Positions 9,076 through 19,029 of a stretch of DNA of 61,417 nt are shown one piece after another. Under the pieces are notes generated by a model, which had not been told where the DNA came from, did no database searches, and was given only the letters and a program-made list of their open reading frames with translations. Origin of the DNA: a virus. How positions within the stretch are numbered: the stretch's first letter is position 1; each line of letters starts with the position of its first letter. Position numbers and translations under genes: made by a program. The stretch covers positions 1 to 61,417 of IMG/VR virus record IMGVR_UViG_3300045988_077264. One strand, written 5' to 3'.

Positions 9076-10194
9076 TTACATAAAATCTTCTAAGTTCATC
9101 TGCCCGTCTACATTGGTAGCAGCTTCTTTTTCCTGTGCCATCCGCTCTTTCTTGTACTCATTGTATTTCTTTCTGTATTCATAGCTTTTTCCAAAAATAT
9201 TCCATGCGGCTTTAACTACGTTTGGCTCATGTGGACGAATCAACTCCAAATCATCAACTGCCTTGTACGAGATTGGGCAACCACAACATCCGGTACGAGT
9301 CAATCCGTATACTTCATACGCATCCGAATACCGTACACCATAATATTCTTTGTACCATTCTTTATCTTTGTCACTCACATAATACAATGGTCGTAATCGA
9401 TATTGCCCGCTTGAAGTTTCCGTAAAGCACAGTGCTGTGTTATCTTTCCTTGGAACCGACCTCATACCACCTTCATCTCTGCGCTCTCCGGTAATGACCA
9501 TCTCGTAATCCTTTTGTACCTTATGTGCAACATTTTTCTTGCAATGTACGCAGCAATCTGCGCTTATCCGGAAGTCCGGTGGATATTCTTCTATAAAATC
9601 CCTCATATACTTCGATGAATTAATAACCAACTGGATATTTGGTCTTGGCTCACCAGCGGAGTTGCAGCAACAAAGGAAATTGATTGTTCCCTCACAATTC
9701 GGGTATCTCTGCCGCAATTCTTCTCGCTTTGCTTGTTTATCCTCTGCCTGATCATATTCCTGTGCAATCGATAATGGCACTTTCTTCTTTTGCCATCCAG
9801 ATAATCCCGCCGACATAATCTTTGATACAAACGGCACGCCGTATTTTCTTGTCGCCTGCACGATATTTGTCTTTGGTCGGCATTCTTCAATTTCCACATT
9901 GTACTTTTCCATTGTATTCTTGACATGGTCCTTTGTAGCTTTCATTTCCAAACCGGTATTAAAAAATACATATTTGATTGGTGGCAGATTAAAAATATTT
10001 CTAGTTCTCTCAATCAGGTCGAGCAGAATATCACTGTCAGCTCCACCCGAATATGAACATATAGCATTCGGATGTTCTCTTAATCTTTTTGCTATAATAC
10101 TCTGTATTGCATTAAATTTTGTAGGTGCATCAAAGTCTGCATAATCCGGTCTGTCCGTATACACCCGACTTCTAAATTCTTCTTTCATTTTCAA
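9076..10194 (-). CDS. PAPS reductase / PP-loop ATPase family protein
   Basis: CSYSGGADSDILLD (SGGxDS PP-loop) plus C-terminal Cys clusters (CCGCP). 372 aa. Confidence 0.75.
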   Translation of the reverse strand: MKMKEEFRSRVYTDRPDYADFDAPTKFNAIQSIIAKRLREHPNAICSYSGGADSDILLDLIERTRNIFNLPPIKYVFFNTGLEMKATKDHVKNTMEKYNVEIEECRPKTNIVQATRKYGVPFVSKIMSAGLSGWQKKKVPLSIAQEYDQAEDKQAKREELRQRYPNCEGTINFLCCCNSAGEPRPNIQLVINSSKYMRDFIEEYPPDFRISADCCVHCKKNVAHKVQKDYEMVITGERRDEGGMRSVPRKDNTALCFTETSSGQYRLRPLYYVSDKDKEWYKEYYGVRYSDAYEVYGLTRTGCCGCPISYKAVDDLELIRPHEPNVVKAAWNIFGKSYEYRKKYNEYKKERMAQEKEAATNVDGQMNLEDFM

Positions 10195-10247
10195 TTGGAG
10201 TAAAGAGCTCTTTTACGCTGGCCAGCAAACCTCTCACTCCTTTCGAT

Positions 10248-10514
10248 TTATTTTAAAATTTTGTCTAAGCAGGCATTCCAGCCTTTATCAAATCTCCCAT
10301 TATCACAATAATCAGGATGATTTGCTTTCTCTGGCAGTTCCCGGAGCGGACATTTTTCATGCCGTTTCTCAGTGAAAGTATTCTGTGACAGCCTTGATGC
10401 TCCATTGTTGAGTACATTCATAAGCTGGCACTTCTTAATGCCTTGAAATTCATATAGGAACTTACACTTGCTACATGATTCCGGCATATCCATAACCAAA
10501 ACTGCTTTAGCCAT
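10248..10514 (-). CDS. Hypothetical Cys-containing phage protein
   Basis: 88-aa ORF in the operon. Confidence 0.4.
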   Translation of the reverse strand: MAKAVLVMDMPESCSKCKFLYEFQGIKKCQLMNVLNNGASRLSQNTFTEKRHEKCPLRELPEKANHPDYCDNGRFDKGWNACLDKILK

Positions 10515-10755
10515 CTACTTCACCGCCTTTTACAATCTTAATTGCATGATGATATGCCAGCCTTGCCGTTTTATCTTCTGTAGCGTTGAAATGTTCCTCC
10601 AACTGCTCCGCCACCTTGTCCGGGTCGTAGGCGGTCGGCTGTTTATCAATAACAGAAGCAATGCGTAAAAAATCTAAGCAATCCATGTCTTCGTTCTTTG
10701 AAATTGCTTTTTCTAAATCCGCTTTTAATTTATCCGCATCAATCAATCTTCCCAT
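10507..10755 (-). CDS. Hypothetical phage protein
   Basis: 82-aa ORF with overlapping start/stop with its neighbours. Confidence 0.4.
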   Translation of the reverse strand: MGRLIDADKLKADLEKAISKNEDMDCLDFLRIASVIDKQPTAYDPDKVAEQLEEHFNATEDKTARLAYHHAIKIVKGGEVDG

Positions 10756-10948
10756 CGTTCGCCCTCCTGTTCCACGCAGTTATTGAATCTTTTTTATCAA
10801 AGTTTAACTTTGTACGATTCTTACAGCATTTGCATTGGACAAAATATCCTTTTACATTTTTAAATAATTTCTTAACTTCAAACGTTTCTATCTCTGCCAT
10901 GTTTCCACAGAACGGGCATGGCTTAAGCTCTTCTTTTACTTCTGCCAT
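10739..10948 (-). CDS. Lar-family restriction alleviation protein
   Basis: LKPCPFCG...VQCKCC...ITAWNRR matches the Lar zinc-ribbon/AWNRR signature. Confidence 0.65.
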   Translation of the reverse strand: MAEVKEELKPCPFCGNMAEIETFEVKKLFKNVKGYFVQCKCCKNRTKLNFDKKDSITAWNRRANDGKID

Positions 10949-11022
10949 TGCTCTTCACGCTCCTTCCTGCACAGGTATTCCAGTACCTGCATCCTTTATC
11001 GCATTTTTTGCCTTTCTCGTAT

Positions 11023-11304
11023 TTACACATTGCCAGCCTTCTTTCCATACCTGGCATTCATTGTCCGCCATTCACGAAGCATCTGAGGTGTGAATCTTGA
11101 TAACGACCGGTCATAATAACTGTGTTCTGGTTCTTCATCACCATATCTCTGAAATGTGTAACTGCCTTTATATTTCAGTTGCCGTTGAATATAATCTGTT
11201 AAATTTTGTCTTCTAAATCCAAGCTGATTACAGATTTCCTTACTGGTGATTTTCTCCATGACCAGCTCGCCATCTTTGAATACGTTGTAATAATATTTTG
11301 CCAT
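11023..11304 (-). CDS. Hypothetical phage protein
   Basis: 93-aa ORF, co-oriented. Confidence 0.4.
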   Translation of the reverse strand: MAKYYYNVFKDGELVMEKITSKEICNQLGFRRQNLTDYIQRQLKYKGSYTFQRYGDEEPEHSYYDRSLSRFTPQMLREWRTMNARYGKKAGNV

Positions 11305-11308
11305 TCTA

Positions 11309-11560
11309 TCAGCGTCCCTTTCTGCATCTTCTGTCTACATCATCTAAATGTGCCATTATCAGCCTTTTAGCATATTCTGCAATTTCAGTCTTTTTGTATT
11401 TCTCATAAAGTTTATTTGCCTGCGCTGTCAGTTCTTCAAAAAAAGCATCTTCGTTATCGGCTTCATAAAACTGCTGTCGGAATTTATAATAGTCATTAAA
11501 AAATTGCCATTCCTCAGAACCTTTTTCAAACTTTTTACTTGCCATAATCAACCGCCCCAA
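11309..11560 (-). CDS. Hypothetical phage protein
   Basis: 83-aa ORF, co-oriented. Confidence 0.4.
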   Translation of the reverse strand: MGRLIMASKKFEKGSEEWQFFNDYYKFRQQFYEADNEDAFFEELTAQANKLYEKYKKTEIAEYAKRLIMAHLDDVDRRCRKGR

Positions 11561-12876
11561 CTATCAAATGGAGTATCCGCTGCGTCCATGAATTCCTGCT
11601 TATTTCGTTCGGAATTCTTTACGTGTAACAGAAATTTATCGAAATCCTCCATGCGTTCTTCGAATCTCATATGCTCTCCATCGAATTTAAGTCCCTCTTT
11701 CATGTTTTCACCTTGCCGCTGCTTCTCCACTTTCAAGCCTTTATATTTCTTATCTTCCGATACGTTCCACAAAAGAATAATATTCGATGCGTCCTGCTCA
11801 ATATCTCCGGATTCTCTAAGTTCTGACATGGTAGGTTCTTTCGTATCTCTTATTTCAGATGTTCGATTCAACTGTGACAGAAGAACAATTGGTACATGCA
11901 ATTCCATTGCCAAAGCTTTAACTGCCTTAGAAATATCTCCAACCTCTGATGCTCTATTAGCAAATTTCCTGTCTGCTTTAATTAACTGCAAATAGTCAAT
12001 AATAATTACCTCGAATTGTTGATGCCGACTTTCTGCTCTAATTTCTCCCACGGTTTTGGAACCGGTTGAAATTATCACATTGTAATCTGACATTTCTTCA
12101 TTGGCTTTATCAAAAGATTCCTTTTCACCACCAAGAAAGGATTTTGCCCTTCGAACACGCGTCAAACTTATTTCGGACAACCTTGAAACAAAACGCTCGT
12201 ATACCTGGCTTTCATTCATTTCAAGGTTGAAATAACCAATTTTATAACCTTTTTTTGCCATCTGTCCAATCACTTGTGTTACAAAAGCAGATTTTCCAAC
12301 ACTAGGTCTCGCACCAATTACCGTTACATCTCCACCCTCAAGACCACCAAGGCAATCATCTAATTTATAAAATCCGGTTTTTAGCAGTTTCTCGCCTACA
12401 TGGTCATTGAAATAATTCTCTTTGCATTCCTGGACAATCTGCTTTAATGATTTAGCTTTCAGAGTTTCATTCTCCTGTAGCTTTTCAAGTGTTATTAAAA
12501 CTTCCGCAATTGTATTTTCTATATCACATGGCATAAGGCTCACTCTCTGAAACAACTCTTTTGCCGTTCTAGTCTTATAATCCTTTGAAATGGTTATCGC
12601 ATAACTTTTAATTGATACTGATGTTGGTGTTAATAACACACATTCCTTTAATTCTGCTGACACCTGCTCCGAAGACCACTTGTGATTTTCCATTGCCTGC
12701 GACAGTGACATAAGATTTATATTTTCGCCCCGGTCATAAAGTGCAAGTATCTGTTTATATGCATCCTGACAAAATTCAGATCCAAACATATCTGGTCTTA
12801 AATTTGAATAAATCTGTGAAAGTGAATCGTTATCAATCAGTATGCTTCCAATCACACCCATTTCTGCTTCGGTCAA
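11548..12876 (-). CDS. dnaB: Replicative DNA helicase (DnaB family)
   Basis: 442 aa. It has an N-terminal DnaB domain, the Walker A motif GARPSVGKSAF, IIIDYLQL and LSQLNR. Confidence 0.85.
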   Translation of the reverse strand: MTEAEMGVIGSILIDNDSLSQIYSNLRPDMFGSEFCQDAYKQILALYDRGENINLMSLSQAMENHKWSSEQVSAELKECVLLTPTSVSIKSYAITISKDYKTRTAKELFQRVSLMPCDIENTIAEVLITLEKLQENETLKAKSLKQIVQECKENYFNDHVGEKLLKTGFYKLDDCLGGLEGGDVTVIGARPSVGKSAFVTQVIGQMAKKGYKIGYFNLEMNESQVYERFVSRLSEISLTRVRRAKSFLGGEKESFDKANEEMSDYNVIISTGSKTVGEIRAESRHQQFEVIIIDYLQLIKADRKFANRASEVGDISKAVKALAMELHVPIVLLSQLNRTSEIRDTKEPTMSELRESGDIEQDASNIILLWNVSEDKKYKGLKVEKQRQGENMKEGLKFDGEHMRFEERMEDFDKFLLHVKNSERNKQEFMDAADTPFDSWGG

Positions 12877-13649
12877 CTATCATCACCTCGCTGCCTTTTC
12901 TCCACTATAGAAACCCAATAGTCACATTCATTTATCAACCAATCATTATACTTTGGAAGGAATCTGAATCGAGTATCTTCCGGATTCCGCTCCGTGTAAT
13001 CTTCCAAATATAATTTAGTAGCCTTATATATCAGTTCCGCTACTTCTTTCTGATTTTCTTCAAGAACGTTGCTTAATTTTCTAAGCCAATACTGTCTGGC
13101 CAACACTGCACAACTTTTTTTGGGGTATAAATCGAAAGTGTCATTCCATGCCTTTTCGCCATCAAAAGAAAATGTGCTTTCTTTTATATTTTCTTTCTCT
13201 ATATCTGTATCTATATCTTTCTCTATATCTATCTCTACATTGCAATTTTGTTGCAGTTTGTTGCATTGCAACATTTTTTGTGCATTTTCCCTAGATTTCC
13301 GACTTCTACGAGTGCTTGCGGTCTCACTTCCTAGGTTATCCTGCACAAAAGGCAACTTGTACTCAATGGAATCAGATGTTTCCAGTAACCCACATGATAA
13401 AAGATACTGAATCGTTACTTGTACGTTGATTTCATCCTCATCAATATCAAGGGCAATCTCTTTGTAAAATTCATCTTCCAAACCGGAATACTCTAAGTAG
13501 CCACCCTTTTTCAGTGATAGAAGCTGCATCTTAAGGTAAATAATCGTGTAAGTATCACCACCAGCCATCTTCCGGAGTTTCTTGATTCGTTTACTGTCAA
13601 AAAAATCATCCATCAGCTTAAGCCAGTAGTATCGCTTATTCTCTGCCAT
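12873..13649 (-). CDS. Phage replisome organizer (N-terminal domain family)
   Basis: MAENKRYYWLKLMDDFFDSKRIKKLRKMAGGDTYTIIYLKMQL. The start is set at the internal Met (13649). The gene contains ori-like iterons. Confidence 0.7.
   Translation of the reverse strand: MAENKRYYWLKLMDDFFDSKRIKKLRKMAGGDTYTIIYLKMQLLSLKKGGYLEYSGLEDEFYKEIALDIDEDEINVQVTIQYLLSCGLLETSDSIEYKLPFVQDNLGSETASTRRSRKSRENAQKMLQCNKLQQNCNVEIDIEKDIDTDIEKENIKESTFSFDGEKAWNDTFDLYPKKSCAVLARQYWLRKLSNVLEENQKEVAELIYKATKLYLEDYTERNPEDTRFRFLPKYNDWLINECDYWVSIVEKRQRGDDS
13190..13275. repeat. Origin-like iteron cluster inside the replisome organizer gene
   Basis: TATCT repeats followed by TTGCA/TGTTGCA repeats. The segment ctttctctatatctatctctac (13218-13239) recurs at 57863-57884. 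Confidence 0.5.
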
Positions 13650-14253
13650 TCTCACTACCTCCGAGCAATTCAACAACCTTTTCTCCGGCTTTCTCTGGTC
13701 GGCAAAATACAAATTCTACGCCATACTTAAGCTGCATTGTAAGCATAGCTTTTGCTAATGTTTTACCGGAAGTCGGTTCTGCCTTTGGTAAAGGGGTATT
13801 AAGCCATTTCCCCTCTCTATGCATATAAGCAATACGATTGTATCTATGTAATCTTGGATTCTGCCACTTAAACACGTCATCAATAGTCTTTACGCCGTCT
13901 GTGTTCTCCACAAGCACATATAGCTTAATGCCGTTGTTCTGCGCCAAAATACACTCATCACGGAATCTTGGATGCGCCTTGCCACAAATGTTGCCTATAA
14001 TTTCCTGCATATCCTTTTTGGTATCCACAGAGACATCATAACTTCCAAGAAAATCCATTTTCTTAACTTCCATCTTTCTTGCAGTCTTACGCTTAATAAC
14101 ATCCAGCACCTTATCCGTGGCAATCACATAATCACCAACCGGAAGCGGCGCGCGCAAAACCTCTATGTCGTGGCAGTCAAAGTAGCGGTTCTTAAGAATA
14201 TGCTGTCCCTCTTTCTGTCCTTTGTCCTCAATCAACATCATCGTTACATTCAC
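13636..14253 (-). CDS. Putative ERCC4-like nuclease
   Basis: PLPVGDYVI...SVDTKKDMQEIIGNI resembles the GDx(n)-ERKx3D nuclease motif. Weak call. Confidence 0.35.
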   Translation of the reverse strand: MNVTMMLIEDKGQKEGQHILKNRYFDCHDIEVLRAPLPVGDYVIATDKVLDVIKRKTARKMEVKKMDFLGSYDVSVDTKKDMQEIIGNICGKAHPRFRDECILAQNNGIKLYVLVENTDGVKTIDDVFKWQNPRLHRYNRIAYMHREGKWLNTPLPKAEPTSGKTLAKAMLTMQLKYGVEFVFCRPEKAGEKVVELLGGSENGRE

Positions 14254-14383
14254 TTCCTCTCAAATACCCTTCTGACATTACAGAATGGCTAAATTAGGAT
14301 TTTTATTGTTTTGGTCGATACTTTTTACCAACCATACAGTTTTCATTGATAGGCGGTCACACAAAGCAACCGCCAAATCATAC

Positions 14384-14809
14384 TTAATTGAATGGTAATT
14401 CCTCATCAATTCCGTCAGGGATATTCATAAATCCATCGCCATCCGGTGCAGGTTCCGGTCTATCTACAGACTGGTTGTTCTGTGAAGCTGCTTTGCTCTC
14501 TGCAAATTCGCAGCTTTCAACAAGACAATCATTGGTATACACCTTATTTCCATCCTTGTTTGTATAGCTGCCGGTCTGCCAGCTACCACCAACAACAACC
14601 TTCGTTCCCTTACGCAGATATTTCTCCACAAACTCTCCATTTTTTCCTAATGCCAAACAGTTGATGAAGTCTGCGCTAGGCTGTCCTTCCTGTTTAAATC
14701 TACGGTCTACAGCAAGAGAAAACCTCGCAACTGCCGTTGTTCTTTCGCCTTGGGAATATCTAATATCCGGATCCCTGGTTAGTCTTCCCATTAAAATCAC
14801 TTTATTCAT
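14384..14809 (-). CDS. ssb: Single-stranded DNA-binding protein
   Basis: MNKVILMGRLTRDPDIRYS OB-fold start and an acidic C-terminal tail DGIDEELPF. The start is set at the internal Met (14809). Confidence 0.85.
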   Translation of the reverse strand: MNKVILMGRLTRDPDIRYSQGERTTAVARFSLAVDRRFKQEGQPSADFINCLALGKNGEFVEKYLRKGTKVVVGGSWQTGSYTNKDGNKVYTNDCLVESCEFAESKAASQNNQSVDRPEPAPDGDGFMNIPDGIDEELPFN

Positions 14810-15377
14810 TTGCTTCTTCTCCTTTCTTAAGCTCTTCAAGTGCCTTATAGAACTCACTACCCTTAATCTCCTCAAAGCCATCATATTCAGATGTAATACT
14901 ACTTCTTGAAGTATTCATTCTCAGATACATCTTGCCATCATACTCGAATCTCGAAACATCATAGCCACCCCTATGTAATTCTTCGAAATAATCTCCCTCA
15001 CAAATCGGATGATTATTGATTACAATGTTTCTCTCAATACATAAGTTCTGAAACTCTTTTAATGTCTTGCTATTGGCTCTGAAACTTCGCATTTTTATAT
15101 CCGAATCACAAAACCACTTGGTCGGCTTTAATAATTCATTACCGAATTTTTCATTGTTTTCCTTGCAATCCTCAATATATAAGCGGATACGGCTCTTTTC
15201 AGATTCATGGAAAGGTTTATTAACTGAACCATCACCACAAATATCATAGGATTGACCTAAAATTTCCTTCCTCTCAAAGAACTCTTTTGCTAATTTTCGT
15301 CTTTCCTCTGAATGGATTCTGAAATCACTAATTTCTTCCAGGAACTGTTCATTGGACACTATATAGAATTTTTCCAT
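14802..15377 (-). CDS. Hypothetical phage protein
   Basis: 191-aa ORF, co-oriented. Confidence 0.45.
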   Translation of the reverse strand: MEKFYIVSNEQFLEEISDFRIHSEERRKLAKEFFERKEILGQSYDICGDGSVNKPFHESEKSRIRLYIEDCKENNEKFGNELLKPTKWFCDSDIKMRSFRANSKTLKEFQNLCIERNIVINNHPICEGDYFEELHRGGYDVSRFEYDGKMYLRMNTSRSSITSEYDGFEEIKGSEFYKALEELKKGEEANE

Positions 15378-15387
15378 GATTCTCCTT

Positions 15388-16134
15388 TCAAAACGGGCAA
15401 AGGTTCATATCAACTTCCAATCCTTTGCACGCAACATAAACATTTGCTCCATATTTAACTGTTTCTTCTGTCATTTGTTTGAATAGTGCGGGATTACCGC
15501 TTTTATCTGATAAGTGTATTAGAACGACATTTCTCAATGCCGGGTTATCGTTAGTAGAAATAAATTTAAGTGCCGTATCAAGGCTCATATGCCCTCGTAG
15601 ACGGTGTTCATAGTTCGGTTCGTCACGGTCTACAAACTGCATATCGTAATTAGCTTCACAAAGAATGTGATTTACCATCTGGTTTGAAAAATCGTATTTA
15701 CAATATTCCAAGTCGGTCAAGAATAACAACTTACCCATTTCCTCATGCTTGATTAAATAGCCATAGCACTCAATTTCTGTGTCATGCGGCACATTGAACG
15801 GTACTACTGTAAAACTGCCGATTTGACACGATTTGTTAGGCGAGATGGCTGTCGTACGCTCTCCGGTAATGACTTCAAGTGCGGTCTGCGTTTCAAACGC
15901 TGTATAAACCGGGATGCCAGACTGCATGAAATCTTTTATGTAGCGCGCATGGTCTCCGTGTTCGTGGCTCACAATACATCCAACAACATCAGAGATTTTC
16001 CAATCAATCATTATCTTAAAGTCCATAAATTTACATCCGGCTTCGATTGCAAGGATTTCTCCACTATCAGTAATCAGGGCATATGAGTTGCCAGCGGATG
16101 AACTTCCAATCACAATTAATTTAATGTGAAACAC
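15388..16134 (-). CDS. MBL-fold metallo-hydrolase
   Basis: SHEHGDH (HxHxDH) and GHMS motifs. 248 aa, in the recombination module. Confidence 0.75.
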   Translation of the reverse strand: MFHIKLIVIGSSSAGNSYALITDSGEILAIEAGCKFMDFKIMIDWKISDVVGCIVSHEHGDHARYIKDFMQSGIPVYTAFETQTALEVITGERTTAISPNKSCQIGSFTVVPFNVPHDTEIECYGYLIKHEEMGKLLFLTDLEYCKYDFSNQMVNHILCEANYDMQFVDRDEPNYEHRLRGHMSLDTALKFISTNDNPALRNVVLIHLSDKSGNPALFKQMTEETVKYGANVYVACKGLEVDMNLCPF

Positions 16135-16957
16135 CTTCTTTCGACCAATAATAACCTCCTGCTCTTAATCTAAAATTGCTATTTGCCGATCGAACAATGC
16201 ATGACTTGCATATTCCAGTATTTTCACTTGCTTCTACAAATCCATGAAATGATTGCAAAACAGAAAGATTATCATCCATTTGTAAAATAATTGTTTGTCT
16301 CGCTTTTTCACTTGCCGACTTTCCACCTATTTTCCCCATGTTTTTTGCATTTTCTTTTTGCAAACAACCACAACTTTTAGTTGCTCCGCTCGTAAGCGCA
16401 TATCCTCTTACAATAGTTTCATTGCCGCAATCACATTTGCAAATCCAATGAGCTCCATGCTTGGTGTGAGCAAGTGAAATAACCACAAGTCTCGAAAATC
16501 TTTTTCCACTTAAATCTACAAGATTTGTCTTTTGTACTTCTTTTGTAAGTGCAACCTCCAAAGGCACACCTGATTGTATTCTTCCTTGTAATGTCTTATA
16601 TCCAATGCCTGTTTCTTTTGACCATTCAGCAAGACACTGTGTCTTACCAAAACACGTATAATTAACATTAACGCGCTTATTGCATTGCTGCTCGTCGTTC
16701 GTTATCCAGCGGCAATTTTTCGGAGAATATCCGAGACTATTATCTATTCGATCTATCGTCAAATTATCCTCATACCCATTTTCAAAAGACCAATCACGAA
16801 ATGCAACAAAATCATTTCTCCACTCGTCACATACCGCAATTCCACGACCTCCATAATTTTCAAACTCTTTGGCAGTTTTCCTATAACAACGAGCTTTCAT
16901 GTTTGTCCATATGCGATACAATCTTGTCCCGGTTCCGCCATGTGTTTTTGCAGGCAT
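16121..16957 (-). CDS. HNH_3-like / phage DNA-binding protein
   Basis: LYRIWTNMKARCY...YGGRGIAVCDEW...IDRIDNSLGYSPKNCRW. Confidence 0.4.
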   Translation of the reverse strand: MPAKTHGGTGTRLYRIWTNMKARCYRKTAKEFENYGGRGIAVCDEWRNDFVAFRDWSFENGYEDNLTIDRIDNSLGYSPKNCRWITNDEQQCNKRVNVNYTCFGKTQCLAEWSKETGIGYKTLQGRIQSGVPLEVALTKEVQKTNLVDLSGKRFSRLVVISLAHTKHGAHWICKCDCGNETIVRGYALTSGATKSCGCLQKENAKNMGKIGGKSASEKARQTIILQMDDNLSVLQSFHGFVEASENTGICKSCIVRSANSNFRLRAGGYYWSKEGVSH

Positions 16958-16967
16958 TTAAACCACC

Positions 16968-17372
16968 TCACTTTCCGAAAAATTCTTCTCTTACATCAAC
17001 AATACCTCGTGTCTGCTTTATCAACTCTCGGTTACGCTTTTCCCTCTGCTCATTGTCACAGATAAATTGCTTGCAAATTTCCGGTCGTACCGGATAAATA
17101 CGGCATTTCTCGCACCTTTTTCCGGTATCAAGAAACGGACAAGTCATATCATATGGCTGCTTCACAGTAGGAAGCAGATGTTTGCACTCCTGGATATGAT
17201 TCTTACGAATATACCGGTGAATAACATCAATTTCCTTTTGGCTCATGGGAAGTAAGTTACTGCAACAACTTCCGCACTGACTACACTTCCCATCCTTGCA
17301 AAAGTTGTAAATCTTATCAGCCATTCCTTTCTGAATTGACTCTAAAACTGAAATAACTTCCATAGACACCAC
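16968..17372 (-). CDS. YkgJ-type cysteine-cluster protein
   Basis: CSQCGSCCSN...CPF...C..C pattern. Confidence 0.5.
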   Translation of the reverse strand: MVSMEVISVLESIQKGMADKIYNFCKDGKCSQCGSCCSNLLPMSQKEIDVIHRYIRKNHIQECKHLLPTVKQPYDMTCPFLDTGKRCEKCRIYPVRPEICKQFICDNEQREKRNRELIKQTRGIVDVREEFFGK

Positions 17373-18292
17373 TACTTCATGAAATCCGGTACATCATCAT
17401 TCTCAACAACTTCACCTTCAACTTTCTCTGGTTCTGCCATTTTCGGTTCTTCTACGGTTTCTGCAACTTCCGGCTCAACCGAGAAATCTTCTGTATTTGC
17501 ATTTTCAGAAATATCATGCTCCACATCCATTAAAGTTCTATCATCCATTTCTGTTGATTCTACATTGTCATAAGCATCATTAAGCATCTGTGTTCCATAT
17601 GTACGGATAATGTACTTTAACGCACGATTCTTTACCGTTTTCATTGCCATCTGGTCTGTGAATTTCTGATGCGTACCAGAACCATTTTCTTTATAACCAA
17701 ATCCCTGTTTCCAAGCCTGCTTAATCATAGAAATATTCATCAGTTCTACATACTGGCTATCATCATCCATAGTCACGATTGCGTATGCACCAATAATCTT
17801 GTCGGTGTTGATGTTCATGAAATCCTGCGTATGGGAATCAATCACAATTCGGGCGTTCTCGATATGGTATTTAAACTCGTCTCCCTCATAGATGCACATT
17901 GCATCAATATTCTTCATGCCATAATTCCTTGCAACGCAGGTGTTACCATAGACAGATACCTGACACTGCAGCTTACCACCATAGGCTACCGGATAGCACT
18001 GCTTTTTCTGCATGGACAATCCCATGGTAACCATATCCATGAGGGTGTTCGCGATAGATACCTGTGAACAACTTTCAAGTACGCATTTCTTATTGTTATC
18101 CTGCGTCTCCTTCAAAATGAGATATGCCCCCATTAACTCGTTGGCATAGTTATATCCCTTAGGAAAAGTAAGACCAAACTTCTCCTTTTGCTGCAACTGC
18201 GCAACCAAGCCATCCACAAATGCATTATTTACAACAAGGCTCGCCTGCTCTTTTCCTTTTGTTGCTACTTCCTGTTTCTTTGTTTCTGCCAT
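17372..18292 (-). CDS. recT: RecT-family ssDNA annealing protein
   Basis: MGLSMQKKQCYPVAYGGKLQCQVSVYG...IYEGDEFKY pattern and an acidic C-terminus. Confidence 0.65.
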   Translation of the reverse strand: MAETKKQEVATKGKEQASLVVNNAFVDGLVAQLQQKEKFGLTFPKGYNYANELMGAYLILKETQDNNKKCVLESCSQVSIANTLMDMVTMGLSMQKKQCYPVAYGGKLQCQVSVYGNTCVARNYGMKNIDAMCIYEGDEFKYHIENARIVIDSHTQDFMNINTDKIIGAYAIVTMDDDSQYVELMNISMIKQAWKQGFGYKENGSGTHQKFTDQMAMKTVKNRALKYIIRTYGTQMLNDAYDNVESTEMDDRTLMDVEHDISENANTEDFSVEPEVAETVEEPKMAEPEKVEGEVVENDDVPDFMK

Positions 18293-18294
18293 AA

Positions 18295-19029
18295 TTATTT
18301 TTCCTCGCTTTCTTCAAATTCTTTTAACTGCTCCGCTAAATTCTTGCACTCATCCGCAACATATTCTTCGGTGCGGATAACATCATCAATCGGATATTTA
18401 CTTTCAACCATTTTTCGTAGTTGATACTCTTTTATATGGCCCGGAAACTTCTGTATCGCATAATCCAAGTCCGACTTATCTCCTGCATGTCCGCAATCAA
18501 ATCCAAACCACCACAAATCACTTTCGATTGGATAATCTGAATGTTCTCCACCGCCTGCGTATGTAATACCACCGTGGCACTGGAAATATGCTTCAATGCG
18601 GATTCTTTCATCTTCATCCATGCAAGCACCAAGCAAAGGGAAAATTCCACTTACTTCTCTGTCACCAACATCGGATTTCTTAATTTCAAGGTAATCACTG
18701 TAATCCTTTCCGTATAACGGATGGTTCTTTGGGATACCGACATAACCGCATCTGTGGCCAATAGTGCCAAATATCACAATACATTTGTAGCCTGCGTGTT
18801 CAAACTCACGCTCGATGATGTACCGTTTCTCCGGTTCCTCATACTTCTTTACTGCTGCCACCTTATCAGCACCATAGGTTTCCACCCACTTCATATCCAC
18901 AGATTCATCCGTAACCGTCAGCTTTGCACCTTTGGCATTTACAACCATGTCACCGGCTTTTACGGAATCCTCGGTGCGGTATGTATAACTTCTGGTGCTG
19001 TTTGGAAATTTTGCTTTGATATAATTCAT
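18295..19029 (-). CDS. Hypothetical phage protein
   Basis: 244-aa ORF, co-oriented. Confidence 0.45.
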   Translation of the reverse strand: MNYIKAKFPNSTRSYTYRTEDSVKAGDMVVNAKGAKLTVTDESVDMKWVETYGADKVAAVKKYEEPEKRYIIEREFEHAGYKCIVIFGTIGHRCGYVGIPKNHPLYGKDYSDYLEIKKSDVGDREVSGIFPLLGACMDEDERIRIEAYFQCHGGITYAGGGEHSDYPIESDLWWFGFDCGHAGDKSDLDYAIQKFPGHIKEYQLRKMVESKYPIDDVIRTEEYVADECKNLAEQLKEFEESEEK

